This document shows, one piece after another, positions 10,517 through 20,075 of a stretch of DNA of 41,813 nt; the first letter of the stretch is position 1; the number at the start of each line of letters is the position of its first letter. The translations under genes and the position numbers were made by a program. This DNA comes from Chlamydiia bacterium (GTDB lineage Bacteria > Chlamydiota > Chlamydiia > Chlamydiales > 2-12-FULL-49-11): positions 1-41,813 of the forward strand of contig JBIKLZ010000005.1 in NCBI GenBank assembly GCA_044359535.1. The letters run 5' to 3'. Under the pieces are notes generated by a model. That model saw only the letters and a program-made list of their open reading frames with translations, did not search any database and had not been told where the DNA came from.

Positions 10517-11344
10517 ATGAGTATCAGTTTTAATGACGGCAAATTCTTCCTTACCGAGAATGGTCAAAGGGAGGAATTAACAGAGACTTATCTGCTTGGT
10601 GCAGGTAAAAAGAAAATCCATCTGATTAAACAATCCAATGTTGTAAAAGGACATAAAGATGATTTTAATACATTATTGAAAAAAGTTGAATCGCTAAAAA
10701 AGGAACGAATTTTAAATCAAAGCTTTAGTAAAGCTTTAGACATCTATGAAACAGGACATTTGAGAGGGAAAGAAATAGGGAAGTACATTCCCATACTTTT
10801 CATGGGAAAAATTGTAGTCTGTAAAACGGCTATTGAAGCACTTTTTTTGAGAATTTTTGGAGGGAAAAAGGATTGTGTCCGAGATCTTTTCAAAAAATAT
10901 GTGACATCAAAGACCTTTGAAGAAGGCAGACTTAAGGTTTTAGAGCAGCAAAAGCCCATTGAGGCTGCAATAGCGAGAATAAAAAGTGACATAAAAGTAG
11001 TCACATTATTTAATGCTAATGGGGAGGATGATCGATTTAATAATGCATTAGAAAAATTAAATAAAAAATTAGATAAATTAAATTCAGAAAAAAATACTCT
11101 AAGTACAGTCTCTGAAGCTAAAAACACTGCTTTTGGCTTTTCAGTTCAGCAAACAGACTATGATGATGACGACGATGACTCTTCATCCATAGATAGTTTT
11201 AAAAGTAGCAGATCCTCTCGCATTCCATCTGAAATCGAAGATGATTCGGAAAGCGATAATGATGGAGATATCAAAACTAATTCGAGCATTGTCGAAGATG
11301 ACGACGACTTTGATATTTTTGGACCGCCTGATGAGGATGAGTGA
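10517..11344 (+). CDS. Hypothetical protein with D/S-rich acidic tail, paralog of the upstream gene
   Basis: 275-aa ORF with AAGGA RBS; shared LFLRIFGG block. Confidence 0.7.
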   Translation: MSISFNDGKFFLTENGQREELTETYLLGAGKKKIHLIKQSNVVKGHKDDFNTLLKKVESLKKERILNQSFSKALDIYETGHLRGKEIGKYIPILFMGKIVVCKTAIEALFLRIFGGKKDCVRDLFKKYVTSKTFEEGRLKVLEQQKPIEAAIARIKSDIKVVTLFNANGEDDRFNNALEKLNKKLDKLNSEKNTLSTVSEAKNTAFGFSVQQTDYDDDDDDSSSIDSFKSSRSSRIPSEIEDDSESDNDGDIKTNSSIVEDDDDFDIFGPPDEDE

Positions 11345-11380
11345 CTTACTTTTTATATAGACAATGAAAAAAAATATATG

Positions 11381-11420
11381 AAAAAACCCCTTTCTCATCT
11401 TTATGGAGAAGGGGTTTTTT
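11381..11420. terminator. Bidirectional intrinsic terminator between the hypothetical gene and pnp
   Basis: AAAAAACCCCTTTCTC...GGAGAAGGGGTTTTTT imperfect hairpin with A and T tracts, between convergent genes. Confidence 0.75.
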
Positions 11421-11422
11421 AT

Positions 11423-13534
11423 TTAGGTTGTCGCTACTCTTTCTGGCTTTGGAAGAAGAACTTTTCTAGAGAGTTTTATTTTTCCTTGATCATTGATATC
11501 TAAAACTTTTACTTCTACCTCTTGCCCTAATTTTAGAAAGTCTTCCACTTTTTCTACTCGCTCATGAGCTAGTTCTGAAATGTGGCATAGACCATCTTTA
11601 TTCCCAGGAAGGGTGATAAAAGCTCCAAATTGTACAATACTTGAGACAACTCCTACATAGGTTTTTCCAACTTCTACTTCGGCCACCAAGTTCAAAATCA
11701 TTGCTTTTGCTCTTTCTAAGCTCGGACCATCGTTAGAAATAATATTTACTATCCCTGCATCATTGATATCGACTTGACATCCTGTTTCTTCAATGATCGA
11801 TCGGATCATTTTTCCACCTGGACCGACTATCACACCTATTTTACTTGGTTTTACTTGGATCGAGTCAATGCGTGGCGCAAACTGGGAAAGGTTTTCTCTT
11901 GATTTAGAAAGGGCTTTATCCATCTCCCCTAAGATGTGGATTCTCCCATCTTTAGCTTGCAATAAAGCCGCTTGCATTAACTCTTTAGTGATCCCTTCAA
12001 TTTTTATATCCATTTGAAAGGCTGTAATCCCTTCACGATCTCCTGTAATTTTAAAGTCCATATCTCCTAAGGCATCTTCTAGACCTAAAATATCAGAAAG
12101 AATCATGTATCGATCCCCTTCAAGGATTAAACCCATTGCAATCCCTGAGACAGATTTTTTGATAGGTACCCCAGCATCCATCAGGGCTAAACACCCTCCA
12201 CACACTGAAGCCATCGATGAAGACCCATTTGACTCAGTAATGTTGCTTTCTAAGCGAATGGTATAGGGGAATTCTTCTGCCGTTGGAAGGATGCTTTCTA
12301 AGGCACGCTCAGCAAGCTTTCCATGCCCCACTTCACGCCGTCCAGGGGCCCCTACTTTACCACATTCACCCACTGAAAAAGGGGGGAAATTATATTGTAA
12401 ATAGAATCTTCTTAAAAAATCTCCATCCAAAGTTTCATAGCGCTGCCCCATAGACTCGCCCCCTAAAGTACAAACGGCAATAGTTTGGGTCTCGCCCCTT
12501 GTAAAAAGACAATCTCCATGAGTCCTTGGAAGAAGGGACGTCTCAATGGCTATGGATCGGATCTGCGTTGCAGTCCTCCCATCGGCTCTTTTTTTCTCCC
12601 TCAACATCTTATTTCGAAGCACTTTTGCAAAGGATTGCTTAATGGCCATTTTCATAGCAAGGGGAGTACATCTTGGGGCTTGTCCTTCTAAGTATTTCTC
12701 TTTAAGTTCGTTTTCAACCTCTTTTTGTGCAGCTTCCCGTGTAGCCTTCTCTTTGATTTCAAAAATATTTTCTAAAGTTGTTGTATACTCTTTTTCAATC
12801 TCCTCCAAAAGATCGGCAGGAGGAACTGTCATCTCAACTTCAAATTTTTCTTTTCCAGCTACAGCTTGCCACTCTGAGAGCTTTTGTGTGATCTCTTTGA
12901 TCGCTTCATGACCTGTTTCAATGGCTTGAATCACTTGATCTTCAGTTAAAAAATCACAATACCCTTCAATCATTAAAATAGCATCGTTTGTCCCTGCTAG
13001 AATTAAATCAAGTTTTGATTCCTTCATTTGAGACAATGAGGGATTAATGATGAAGTTGTCTTTAATCATCCCTACTCTAACTCCAGCTAAAGGCTTTGGA
13101 AAAGGGATGTCTGACATCACAAGAGCTGCGCTTGCTGCCGTGATCGATAAAGGCTCTGGGGGATGGTTTTCGTCATAAGATAAAACATAAACTAAGAGTT
13201 GAACTTCATTAAAATACCCCTCTGGAAACAGTGGACGGATGGGTCTATCAATTAATCGACTTACAAGAGTTTGATTATCGGTGGGTCTTCCTTCCCTTTT
13301 GATAAAGCCACCAAGAGTTTTTCCTGCAGAGGAAAACTTTTCCTGGTAATCGACGCGCAGAGGGAGAAAGTCACAGTCTGGGGCGGCACTTTTATTTCCG
13401 CAAACAGTTGCTAAAATGTGTGTATCTCCACATTGAACCATCACAGCCCCATTTGCTTGACGTGCAATTTTTCCTGTTTTAAAAATAATTTCTTTGCCTT
13501 CTATACTTGCTTGCGCAGTTTTTTCTTCCATCAT
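11423..13534 (-). CDS. pnp: Polyribonucleotide nucleotidyltransferase
   Basis: TGKIARQANGAV, GGFIKREGRP, FTRGETQ, RREVGHG, SNGSSSMASVC, GDMDFK, KH and S1 domains. Confidence 0.98.
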   Translation of the reverse strand: MMEEKTAQASIEGKEIIFKTGKIARQANGAVMVQCGDTHILATVCGNKSAAPDCDFLPLRVDYQEKFSSAGKTLGGFIKREGRPTDNQTLVSRLIDRPIRPLFPEGYFNEVQLLVYVLSYDENHPPEPLSITAASAALVMSDIPFPKPLAGVRVGMIKDNFIINPSLSQMKESKLDLILAGTNDAILMIEGYCDFLTEDQVIQAIETGHEAIKEITQKLSEWQAVAGKEKFEVEMTVPPADLLEEIEKEYTTTLENIFEIKEKATREAAQKEVENELKEKYLEGQAPRCTPLAMKMAIKQSFAKVLRNKMLREKKRADGRTATQIRSIAIETSLLPRTHGDCLFTRGETQTIAVCTLGGESMGQRYETLDGDFLRRFYLQYNFPPFSVGECGKVGAPGRREVGHGKLAERALESILPTAEEFPYTIRLESNITESNGSSSMASVCGGCLALMDAGVPIKKSVSGIAMGLILEGDRYMILSDILGLEDALGDMDFKITGDREGITAFQMDIKIEGITKELMQAALLQAKDGRIHILGEMDKALSKSRENLSQFAPRIDSIQVKPSKIGVIVGPGGKMIRSIIEETGCQVDINDAGIVNIISNDGPSLERAKAMILNLVAEVEVGKTYVGVVSSIVQFGAFITLPGNKDGLCHISELAHERVEKVEDFLKLGQEVEVKVLDINDQGKIKLSRKVLLPKPERVATT

Positions 13535-13594
13535 TGTGAAGTCTCCATCTCTAGTGTCTTTTCTTAGTGTTTATGTCGTTTTTCTTTCTAAAAC

Positions 13595-13864
13595 TTACTT
13601 ACGTAACCCTAGTTTTTGAATCAATTGCTGATAACGAGGGGTGTCTGTAGAATTAAGGTAGGCAAGCAGTCGTCTTCTTTGACCTACATGCTTAAGTAAA
13701 GATAATCGAGTCTGATGATCTTTTGGAAATTCTTTTAGATGATCCTCCATCTCCTTGATTCGCTCTGTGAGAATAGCAATCTGAACATCTGCAGATCCTG
13801 TATCTTTTTCATGCAATTGAAATTTTTTTGTTATTTCGTCTTTTGTACTTTTATCTAAAGTCAT
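13595..13864 (-). CDS. rpsO: 30S ribosomal protein S15
   Basis: [16 protein letters not shown]...HLK..PKD...[10 protein letters not shown]...LGLRK. Confidence 0.98.
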   Translation of the reverse strand: MTLDKSTKDEITKKFQLHEKDTGSADVQIAILTERIKEMEDHLKEFPKDHQTRLSLLKHVGQRRRLLAYLNSTDTPRYQQLIQKLGLRK

Positions 13865-13954
13865 TGTTTTTTCTCCTATTCATCAAATTTTCACTGCAAT
13901 CATTTTACCATCTTTAGTATAATAAGAGCAATTGAATTTACAACTATCTTTCCG

Positions 13955-14443
13955 ATGAGTCATGAAACATTTACCCCCTTTGACTACGATGCCATGAAAT
14001 TGGCTCTAAATGAAGCTCAAATTGCTTTTGAAAAAGATGAGGTTCCAGTAGGGGCTGCCCTGTTTTTGAACAATCAATTAATTGCTACAGGTCACAACCT
14101 TGTCCATACAACAAAAGATGCAACGATGCATGCTGAAATTGTCTGTCTTAGAAGGGGGGCACAAACAATTGGCGATTTTAGACTTCAAGATTCAATTTTA
14201 TATTCAACCCTTGAACCTTGCTCAATGTGCGCTGGGGCTATTTATAACTTTAGAGTAAAAAAAGTTATATGGGGGGCTAAAGATCTTAGAGTAGGGGCTT
14301 GCGGGACTTTATACCATCTTTTTGATGGAAAACATCCTATTCATACAGTAGCTTTTCAATCGGGTTTGATGCAAGAGCAGTCGGCTGCTTTGCTTCGTAA
14401 GTTTTTCAAAAAAAGGAGGGAAAATGGATCAAAAAATATTTGA
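13955..14443 (+). CDS. tadA: tRNA-specific adenosine deaminase
   Basis: EVPVGA, DATMHAE, TLEPCSMCAGAI, FFKKRR C-terminus. Confidence 0.93.
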   Translation: MSHETFTPFDYDAMKLALNEAQIAFEKDEVPVGAALFLNNQLIATGHNLVHTTKDATMHAEIVCLRRGAQTIGDFRLQDSILYSTLEPCSMCAGAIYNFRVKKVIWGAKDLRVGACGTLYHLFDGKHPIHTVAFQSGLMQEQSAALLRKFFKKRRENGSKNI

Positions 14444-14633
14444 AGAGTTGATTGCTCATCAACAACAAAAGTTACTTAAGCTTGCAAATGAAATTGTTGA
14501 AGGGGTGACAGAGGAGGATTTGCTTCAACCTTTTGATTACCCAGAATTAGAGAACCATCCTCATTTTCGCTATGAAGAGGGGATTTTACATGGGATTTTA
14601 TCTTCAAAAGCTGCCTTACTTTTTAAGGCTTAG
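14424..14633 (+). CDS. Conserved chlamydial small hypothetical protein (position of CT845)
   Basis: AGGAGG RBS; TEEDLLQPFDYPELENHPHFRYEEGIL motif; follows tadA as in Chlamydia. Confidence 0.75.
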   Translation: MDQKIFEELIAHQQQKLLKLANEIVEGVTEEDLLQPFDYPELENHPHFRYEEGILHGILSSKAALLFKA

Positions 14634-15512
14634 GTTTTTTCCTTTTTTTGAATGTCTATAAAGCCTAAATCGTTCATAAAGGGTGAGTGATGATTTTCCC
14701 TCTTTTGAAATTTTTTCAAGAACAGCATTGATAAAGTTCTCCTCGCTTAAGATAGCTTTTCCTGTTCGGATATCAAAAATTCTAGATGAACTGATGTAAG
14801 GGTCTAATTTTGTAGGTTTAAAAATGGATCTAAACTTTCCACTTGAGAGGTGGACTATGAAATTGTCAAAAGGGGCCATTGATATAAATGGACTTTTAAT
14901 TTTCCAAAAAAACAATATGTAGAGATAGGCGGTTATGCAGGAGGCTAAAGTAGCAAAGAAGTGGACGTAATCGCCGACAGAAAGATTCATTAATAGAATA
15001 ATTCCTATGATGATTGGAAAAAGCAGTCTCCCTTTCATCGGGGAAGAAAAAAACATCACCATATCCATTTTTGGAAAGAGAAAAAGTGTGGCAACAAACA
15101 AACTATATAAGGCACTTGTAGGGCCTGCATAAAACCCATAATACCCGCAGTAATGAAGGGTTGTATAGGCTGCAATACCTGATACAATACCACAAGTTAA
15201 AAAGAAAGATAGGAACCCTTTTTCCCCTTTTTGAGCCACAATGACACTTCCCATCCTTTGTAAGATAAGGATCCCAAAAAAAAGATGGATCAGATAGAAA
15301 ATGTGAATCCCTTGTGGAGCGGGATAAAAAAAGAGGTGGGTTAAAAATTGGTACCCCTTTTCTATAGAAAGGGAAGTAGGGCTAATAGATAGGAGTGCAG
15401 TTAGGTTCGGAGCTGAAAAGAGTGTAGGAAAAATTTTATTTATAGTTCCAGAAAGAATACTTAAAGTTGTGATGAGACCGACAAGTATTTTTATAGATTG
15501 ACTCTGTTTCAT
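14616..15512 (-). CDS. Rhomboid-family membrane protein, probably catalytically inactive, with C-terminal DUF6576-like domain
   Basis: YQFLTHLFF, HLFF, GIVSG, AGPT in place of GxSG; C-terminal VLEKISKEGKSSLTLYER; AAGGAGG RBS before ATG 15512. Confidence 0.7.
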   Translation of the reverse strand: MKQSQSIKILVGLITTLSILSGTINKIFPTLFSAPNLTALLSISPTSLSIEKGYQFLTHLFFYPAPQGIHIFYLIHLFFGILILQRMGSVIVAQKGEKGFLSFFLTCGIVSGIAAYTTLHYCGYYGFYAGPTSALYSLFVATLFLFPKMDMVMFFSSPMKGRLLFPIIIGIILLMNLSVGDYVHFFATLASCITAYLYILFFWKIKSPFISMAPFDNFIVHLSSGKFRSIFKPTKLDPYISSSRIFDIRTGKAILSEENFINAVLEKISKEGKSSLTLYERFRLYRHSKKGKNLSLKK

Positions 15513-15635
15513 AGACTCCTCCTTATTCACATATAAAGTATTATACCCATTGTTCTAAAAGAAAACAACTTTTCCTTGTATTTTAGTAACCACTTAGGCT
15601 ATTGTAAGTGCACTTTTTATGAATTAGGAGAAATT

Positions 15636-15926
15636 ATGAAAGAGAATACACACCCAGAATATAGAGAAGTTTGCTTTGTAGATATGAGCTCTGGTAAAAA
15701 ATATCTTTGCGGAAGTTCAGTAAAGACCTCTCAAACAGTAGAGTATGAAGGAAAAACCTACCCATGTGTAAAGGTTTCTATTTCCTCATCCTCACACCCA
15801 TTTTTCACAGGAGATTCTACATTTGTGGATTCAGAAGGAAGGGTAGACAAATTCTTAAAACGTTATGCGGCAAAAGCGCCTCAACCGAAAAAAGAGATCG
15901 AAAAAGTTTCTAAAAAGTCAAAATAA
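15636..15926 (+). CDS. rpmE2: 50S ribosomal protein L31 type B
   Basis: MKENTHPEYREVCFVD...SSSSHPFFTG...DSEGRVDKFLKRY; AGGAG RBS; no CxxC zinc motifs. Confidence 0.95.
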   Translation: MKENTHPEYREVCFVDMSSGKKYLCGSSVKTSQTVEYEGKTYPCVKVSISSSSHPFFTGDSTFVDSEGRVDKFLKRYAAKAPQPKKEIEKVSKKSK

Positions 15927-15953
15927 GCTTTTACAAGCAGCAAAGGCTTAATA

Positions 15954-17033
15954 ATGAAAAATAAAGTTGAAGGGATGCTTTCAAAGCTCCCTGAGATTGA
16001 GCAAAAGATGAGCTCTCCAGACATTGTCAATGATTTGAAAAAGTATACCGAACTTGCTTCAGAGCATAAGTATCTTATAAAATTAAAAGAGCAGTGGGAA
16101 AGGATGACCTTTTTAGAGGCTGCGATCCTTGATGATCAAGATTTTTTGAAAACAGAAACAGATCTAGAGATGAGAGCAGAGATAGAAGCTGAGCTTGTAT
16201 CCTTAAAAAAGGAAAAAGAGTCGCTTTTTAAGCAGATTGAGCTTGTCATTATCCCTCCTGATCCAAAAGACAATAAAAACACCATTGTCGAAATCAGAGC
16301 AGGGACAGGGGGCGATGAGGCTGGGATTTTTGTAGGCGATTGTGTGCGGATGTATCGTCATTATGCTGAAAATAAGGGCTGGGCTTTTGAATCTTTAAGC
16401 TATACAGACTCTGATGCAGGCGGCTTTAAGGAGTATCAGTTTGTTTTAACTGGGGATAGTGTCTACCGATTTATGAAGTATGAAGGGGGGACTCACAGGG
16501 TTCAAAGGGTTCCTAAAACAGAGACTCAAGGAAGAGTACACACTTCAGCGATCACTATTGCTGTTTTAATTGAGCCAGATGCAGAAGAAGAGGTGCAGAT
16601 TACTGAAAAAGATTTGCGCATTGATACCTATCGAGCTTCAGGGGCAGGTGGTCAGCACATCAACACCACAGATTCAGCGGTCCGTATCACTCATTTACCG
16701 ACAGGGCTTGTTTCTTATTGCTCAGCAGAGCGTTCTCAAATTAAAAACAGAGTCACCGCTTTGCGGTTGTTGCGAGCAAAAATTGCCGATAAGGCTCGAT
16801 TGGAAAAGGAAAAAGAGATTGCCTCTGATAGGGCAGCGCAAGTTGGGTCTGGAGATCGTTCTGAAAGAATTAGAACCTATAATTTTCCGCAAAATAGACT
16901 TACAGATCACCGTATTGATCTTACTTTATTTTCTTTATCTGAGGTAATGGATGGGGATTTAGATCAAGTTGTGGGGCCTCTTGTAGCGTTTTATTATCAA
17001 AAAAGACTTCAATTTGATCAACAAGATGAATAA
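15954..17033 (+). CDS. prfA: Peptide chain release factor 1
   Basis: EIRAGTGGDEA, PxT motif (VPKTE), GGQ, RIRTYNFPQNR. Confidence 0.98.
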   Translation: MKNKVEGMLSKLPEIEQKMSSPDIVNDLKKYTELASEHKYLIKLKEQWERMTFLEAAILDDQDFLKTETDLEMRAEIEAELVSLKKEKESLFKQIELVIIPPDPKDNKNTIVEIRAGTGGDEAGIFVGDCVRMYRHYAENKGWAFESLSYTDSDAGGFKEYQFVLTGDSVYRFMKYEGGTHRVQRVPKTETQGRVHTSAITIAVLIEPDAEEEVQITEKDLRIDTYRASGAGGQHINTTDSAVRITHLPTGLVSYCSAERSQIKNRVTALRLLRAKIADKARLEKEKEIASDRAAQVGSGDRSERIRTYNFPQNRLTDHRIDLTLFSLSEVMDGDLDQVVGPLVAFYYQKRLQFDQQDE

Positions 17034-17682
17034 ACCCAAAGCCTATCAAGAAGGGGAAGTGGAATTTTTTGATCTTAGGATTAAAGTCACCCCCGATTGT
17101 TTGATCCCAAGGCTAGAAAGTGAACTTTTAGTCGAAAGGGCTTTGTTGCGCTTTCCTGAAAAGGGGGAGATTTTAGATCTGTGTACCGGAAGTGGTGCTT
17201 TAGGTTTATCGATAAAAAGTTGTAGAAAAGGGTTAGATGTGACCCTTTCAGATATTTCTACACAAGCTCTTGCTATTGCTAAGGAAAATGCCTCTATCAA
17301 TCATCTAGAGGTTCACTTTGTCCATGGGGATTTTTTGCTCCCTTTTATGGGAAGATCCTTTGATGGGATTATTTGTAATCCCCCATATGTCACAGAAGGA
17401 GAATACAAAGATTTAGACCCTTCTGTTAAAGACTTTGAACCAAAAATAGCCCTTGTTGGGGGCAAAGATGGCCTTGATTTTTATAGAAAGCTAGCGAGTT
17501 CTGTTTCCTCTATTTTAAAGCCATCAGGGGTCCTTTGTTTAGAGATTGGAAAAGATCAGGGAGAAAGTGTTTATCGCCTCTTTGATTCTGACATTTGGGT
17601 AAAACGGGTTATTGAAAAGGATTATGCCGGACATGATCGATTCTTTTTCCTTGAAAAAAGGGGCACGGCTCAATTAGAATAA
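17026..17682 (+). CDS. prmC: Release factor glutamine methyltransferase PrmC/HemK (lacks N-terminal domain)
   Basis: LIPRLESE, DLCTGSG, NPPY, EPKIALVGGKDGL, EIG, KDYAGHDR; ATG overlaps the end of prfA. Confidence 0.9.
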   Translation: MNKPKAYQEGEVEFFDLRIKVTPDCLIPRLESELLVERALLRFPEKGEILDLCTGSGALGLSIKSCRKGLDVTLSDISTQALAIAKENASINHLEVHFVHGDFLLPFMGRSFDGIICNPPYVTEGEYKDLDPSVKDFEPKIALVGGKDGLDFYRKLASSVSSILKPSGVLCLEIGKDQGESVYRLFDSDIWVKRVIEKDYAGHDRFFFLEKRGTAQLE

Positions 17683-17686
17683 CTCT

Positions 17687-19042
17687 ATGTTTAATAGTTT
17701 AACAGATACATTTCATCGCATTTTTGCCACTTTTTCTAAAGAAAAATATTTTACTGAAGAATCGATAAAAGAGGCTGTAAAGCAGGTGCGTCTTGCCCTT
17801 CTTGATGCCGATGTGAATTTTAAAGTGGTAAGCTCTTTAGTAAAAAATATTAAAGATAAAGTCATTGGAGATTTAGTTGAAAAAGGGATAAAAGCCACAG
17901 ATGCTTTTATCGAAATTGTTCACCAAGAACTTGTTCGCTTGATGGGTGAGGATGAGGCTCAGTTAGATTTTAAGAAGAAGCAAACTAAAATCCTCCTTTG
18001 TGGTTTACAAGGATCAGGAAAAACAACCACATGCGCAAAACTTGCTGCGTTTATTCAGGAAGGAGAGAAAAAGAGTGTTTCCCTTGTGGCTTTAGATTTA
18101 AAAAGGGCAGCAGCTGTTGAACAACTACAAATTTTAGCTAAAGAGATTCATATTCCTGTTTTTAGTGTTCAAGGGGAGGTAAGCCCTTTGGCGGTTGCAA
18201 AAAAATCTTTATCTTTAGATACCGATGTAGTCATTTACGACACTGCTGGGCGTCAAAATATCGATGAAGAGCTCATGGATGAGCTGCTCTCTCTTAAAGA
18301 GATCCTTTCTCCTGACTACATTTTTTTTGTAGCCAATTGTGCAAGTGGTCAAAGGGTCGTTGAGATTGCTGCTGCTTTTGATGAAAAGATTCAAATTACT
18401 GGGACAATATTGACAATGCTTGATGGGTCAGCACGAGCAGGTGCTGCTATTTCAATTAAAGAGGTGACAAAAAGACCTCTATTTTTTGAAGGGGTTGGAG
18501 AAAAAATCAACGATTTTCAAGTGTTTAATCCAAAATCAATGGCAGATCGTATTTTAGGAATGGGCGATGTGATCAATCTTGTTAAGAAGATGAAGAAAGA
18601 AATTTCTGAAGAGGAATCATTAGCCATGGAGGAAAAAATAAAAAAAGCCTCCTTTAATTATAATGATTTTTTGAAACAGATGAAAATGCTTAAGAAGATG
18701 GGCTCATTTAAGGGTTTGATGAAGATGATGCCAAAAATGGGGGGTGAACCCTTTGACTTTTCCGAAGGGGAAGCGGAATTAAAAAGATGTGAAGCGGTGA
18801 TTTTTTCTATGACCCCTAAAGAAAGAGAGGGAAAAGATGAGATGACAATGGGGCGAAGGAAAAGGGTCGCAAAAGGTTCGGGAGTTGCCCTTGGAGAGGT
18901 CAATAAAATGATAAAAAAATTTGGACAAATGAAAGAAAAAATGCAGCAGTTTTCAGCTATGCAAAAGAATTTTTCACCAGAAGAAGAGAAAAAAATGGCC
19001 TCTTTAAAAAAGAAACCACATTTTGATCGTTTTTTTTCCTAG
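17687..19042 (+). CDS. ffh: Signal recognition particle protein
   Basis: ALLDADV, GLQGSGKTTT, DTAGR, RILGMGD, Met-rich M domain, SMTPKER. Confidence 0.97.
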   Translation: MFNSLTDTFHRIFATFSKEKYFTEESIKEAVKQVRLALLDADVNFKVVSSLVKNIKDKVIGDLVEKGIKATDAFIEIVHQELVRLMGEDEAQLDFKKKQTKILLCGLQGSGKTTTCAKLAAFIQEGEKKSVSLVALDLKRAAAVEQLQILAKEIHIPVFSVQGEVSPLAVAKKSLSLDTDVVIYDTAGRQNIDEELMDELLSLKEILSPDYIFFVANCASGQRVVEIAAAFDEKIQITGTILTMLDGSARAGAAISIKEVTKRPLFFEGVGEKINDFQVFNPKSMADRILGMGDVINLVKKMKKEISEEESLAMEEKIKKASFNYNDFLKQMKMLKKMGSFKGLMKMMPKMGGEPFDFSEGEAELKRCEAVIFSMTPKEREGKDEMTMGRRKRVAKGSGVALGEVNKMIKKFGQMKEKMQQFSAMQKNFSPEEEKKMASLKKKPHFDRFFS

Positions 19043-19090
19043 AGTATGGTAATATAGCGCCTAACAATTTTGTAAAAAGGAGTTTTGCTT

Positions 19091-19363
19091 ATGGCATTAA
19101 GTATGAGAATGCGTCAACAAGGGTGTAAAAATAGAAGAGTCTTTCGTTTTGTAGTGGCAGATAGTCGCTGTAAGCGTGATGGAAAGTACATTGACTGTGT
19201 AGGTCATTACGATCCACTTGCTCAAGACGGAATGGTTGTTCATGCAGACAAAGTGAAGCATTGGTTAGAAAAAGGGGTTCAGCCGACAGATAAAATGCGT
19301 TCAGTTTTGAAAAGAAAGTGCCCAGAAGTACTAAGATCTTTTGAATCTGCAGGTAAGAAATAA
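19091..19363 (+). CDS. rpsP: 30S ribosomal protein S16
   Basis: FVVADSRCKRDGKYIDCVGHYDP, WLEKGVQPT; AAGGAG RBS. Confidence 0.96.
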   Translation: MALSMRMRQQGCKNRRVFRFVVADSRCKRDGKYIDCVGHYDPLAQDGMVVHADKVKHWLEKGVQPTDKMRSVLKRKCPEVLRSFESAGKK

Positions 19364-19382
19364 TTATAAAAAGTATGTTGTT

Positions 19383-20075
19383 ATGAAGCTGTCCATACTT
19401 TCTTTGTTTCCAGATTTTTTTACAAGTGCTCTACAAAGTAGCATGTTAAAAAGGGCTATCGACAATAAAATTATTGAAGTTGAACTTGTAAATATCCGTG
19501 ATTTTGGAGAGGGAAAGCATAAAATTGTCGATGACAGGCCCTATGGTGGAGGTCCTGGAATGTTAATGAAAGCAGATCCAATTGTTCAAGCTATTGAATC
19601 TGTAAAAACAGAAAAGAGCCATGTCATCTATCTTTCTCCTCAAGGGGAGCTGTTAAATGCAAAAAAGTGTGAACGTTTAGCAAAAGAGTGTACACATCTT
19701 ATCCTTCTTTGTGGTCATTATGAAGGAATAGATCAAAGGGTCATTGATTTGATGGTAGATGAAGAAATAAGTATTGGGGATTATATTTTAACAAGTGGAA
19801 TGATTCCCGCCCTTGTTCTACTGGATGGGACCTTAAGATTTATTGAAGGGGGAGTTGGAAACAGTGACTCAGCATATCAAGATAGCTTTCATGGAGTAGA
19901 AGGACTCAAAGGGCCGCAGTATACAAGGCCTGCAGTTTATAGAAGAATAGAAGTTCCAAAAGTACTTCAATCAGGCAATCATCAAGAAATTGCTGAGTGG
20001 AGAAAGGAAAGGGGTGCTTTAAGGACAAAAGATAGAGAAAATAAAAACACAAGGATGGCATCATGCATTCGTTAG
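19383..20075 (+). CDS. trmD: tRNA (guanine-N1)-methyltransferase
   Basis: LSLFP, VDDRPYGGGPGM, LSPQG, CGHYEGIDQR, SIGDY, PQYTRP, SGNH. Confidence 0.97.
   Translation: MKLSILSLFPDFFTSALQSSMLKRAIDNKIIEVELVNIRDFGEGKHKIVDDRPYGGGPGMLMKADPIVQAIESVKTEKSHVIYLSPQGELLNAKKCERLAKECTHLILLCGHYEGIDQRVIDLMVDEEISIGDYILTSGMIPALVLLDGTLRFIEGGVGNSDSAYQDSFHGVEGLKGPQYTRPAVYRRIEVPKVLQSGNHQEIAEWRKERGALRTKDRENKNTRMASCIR

Noticed and set aside
17687-19042. Ffh G4 motif TMLDG instead of TKxDG
   Set aside because: Chlamydial Ffh proteins, as I recall, already carry Met at this position; not novel
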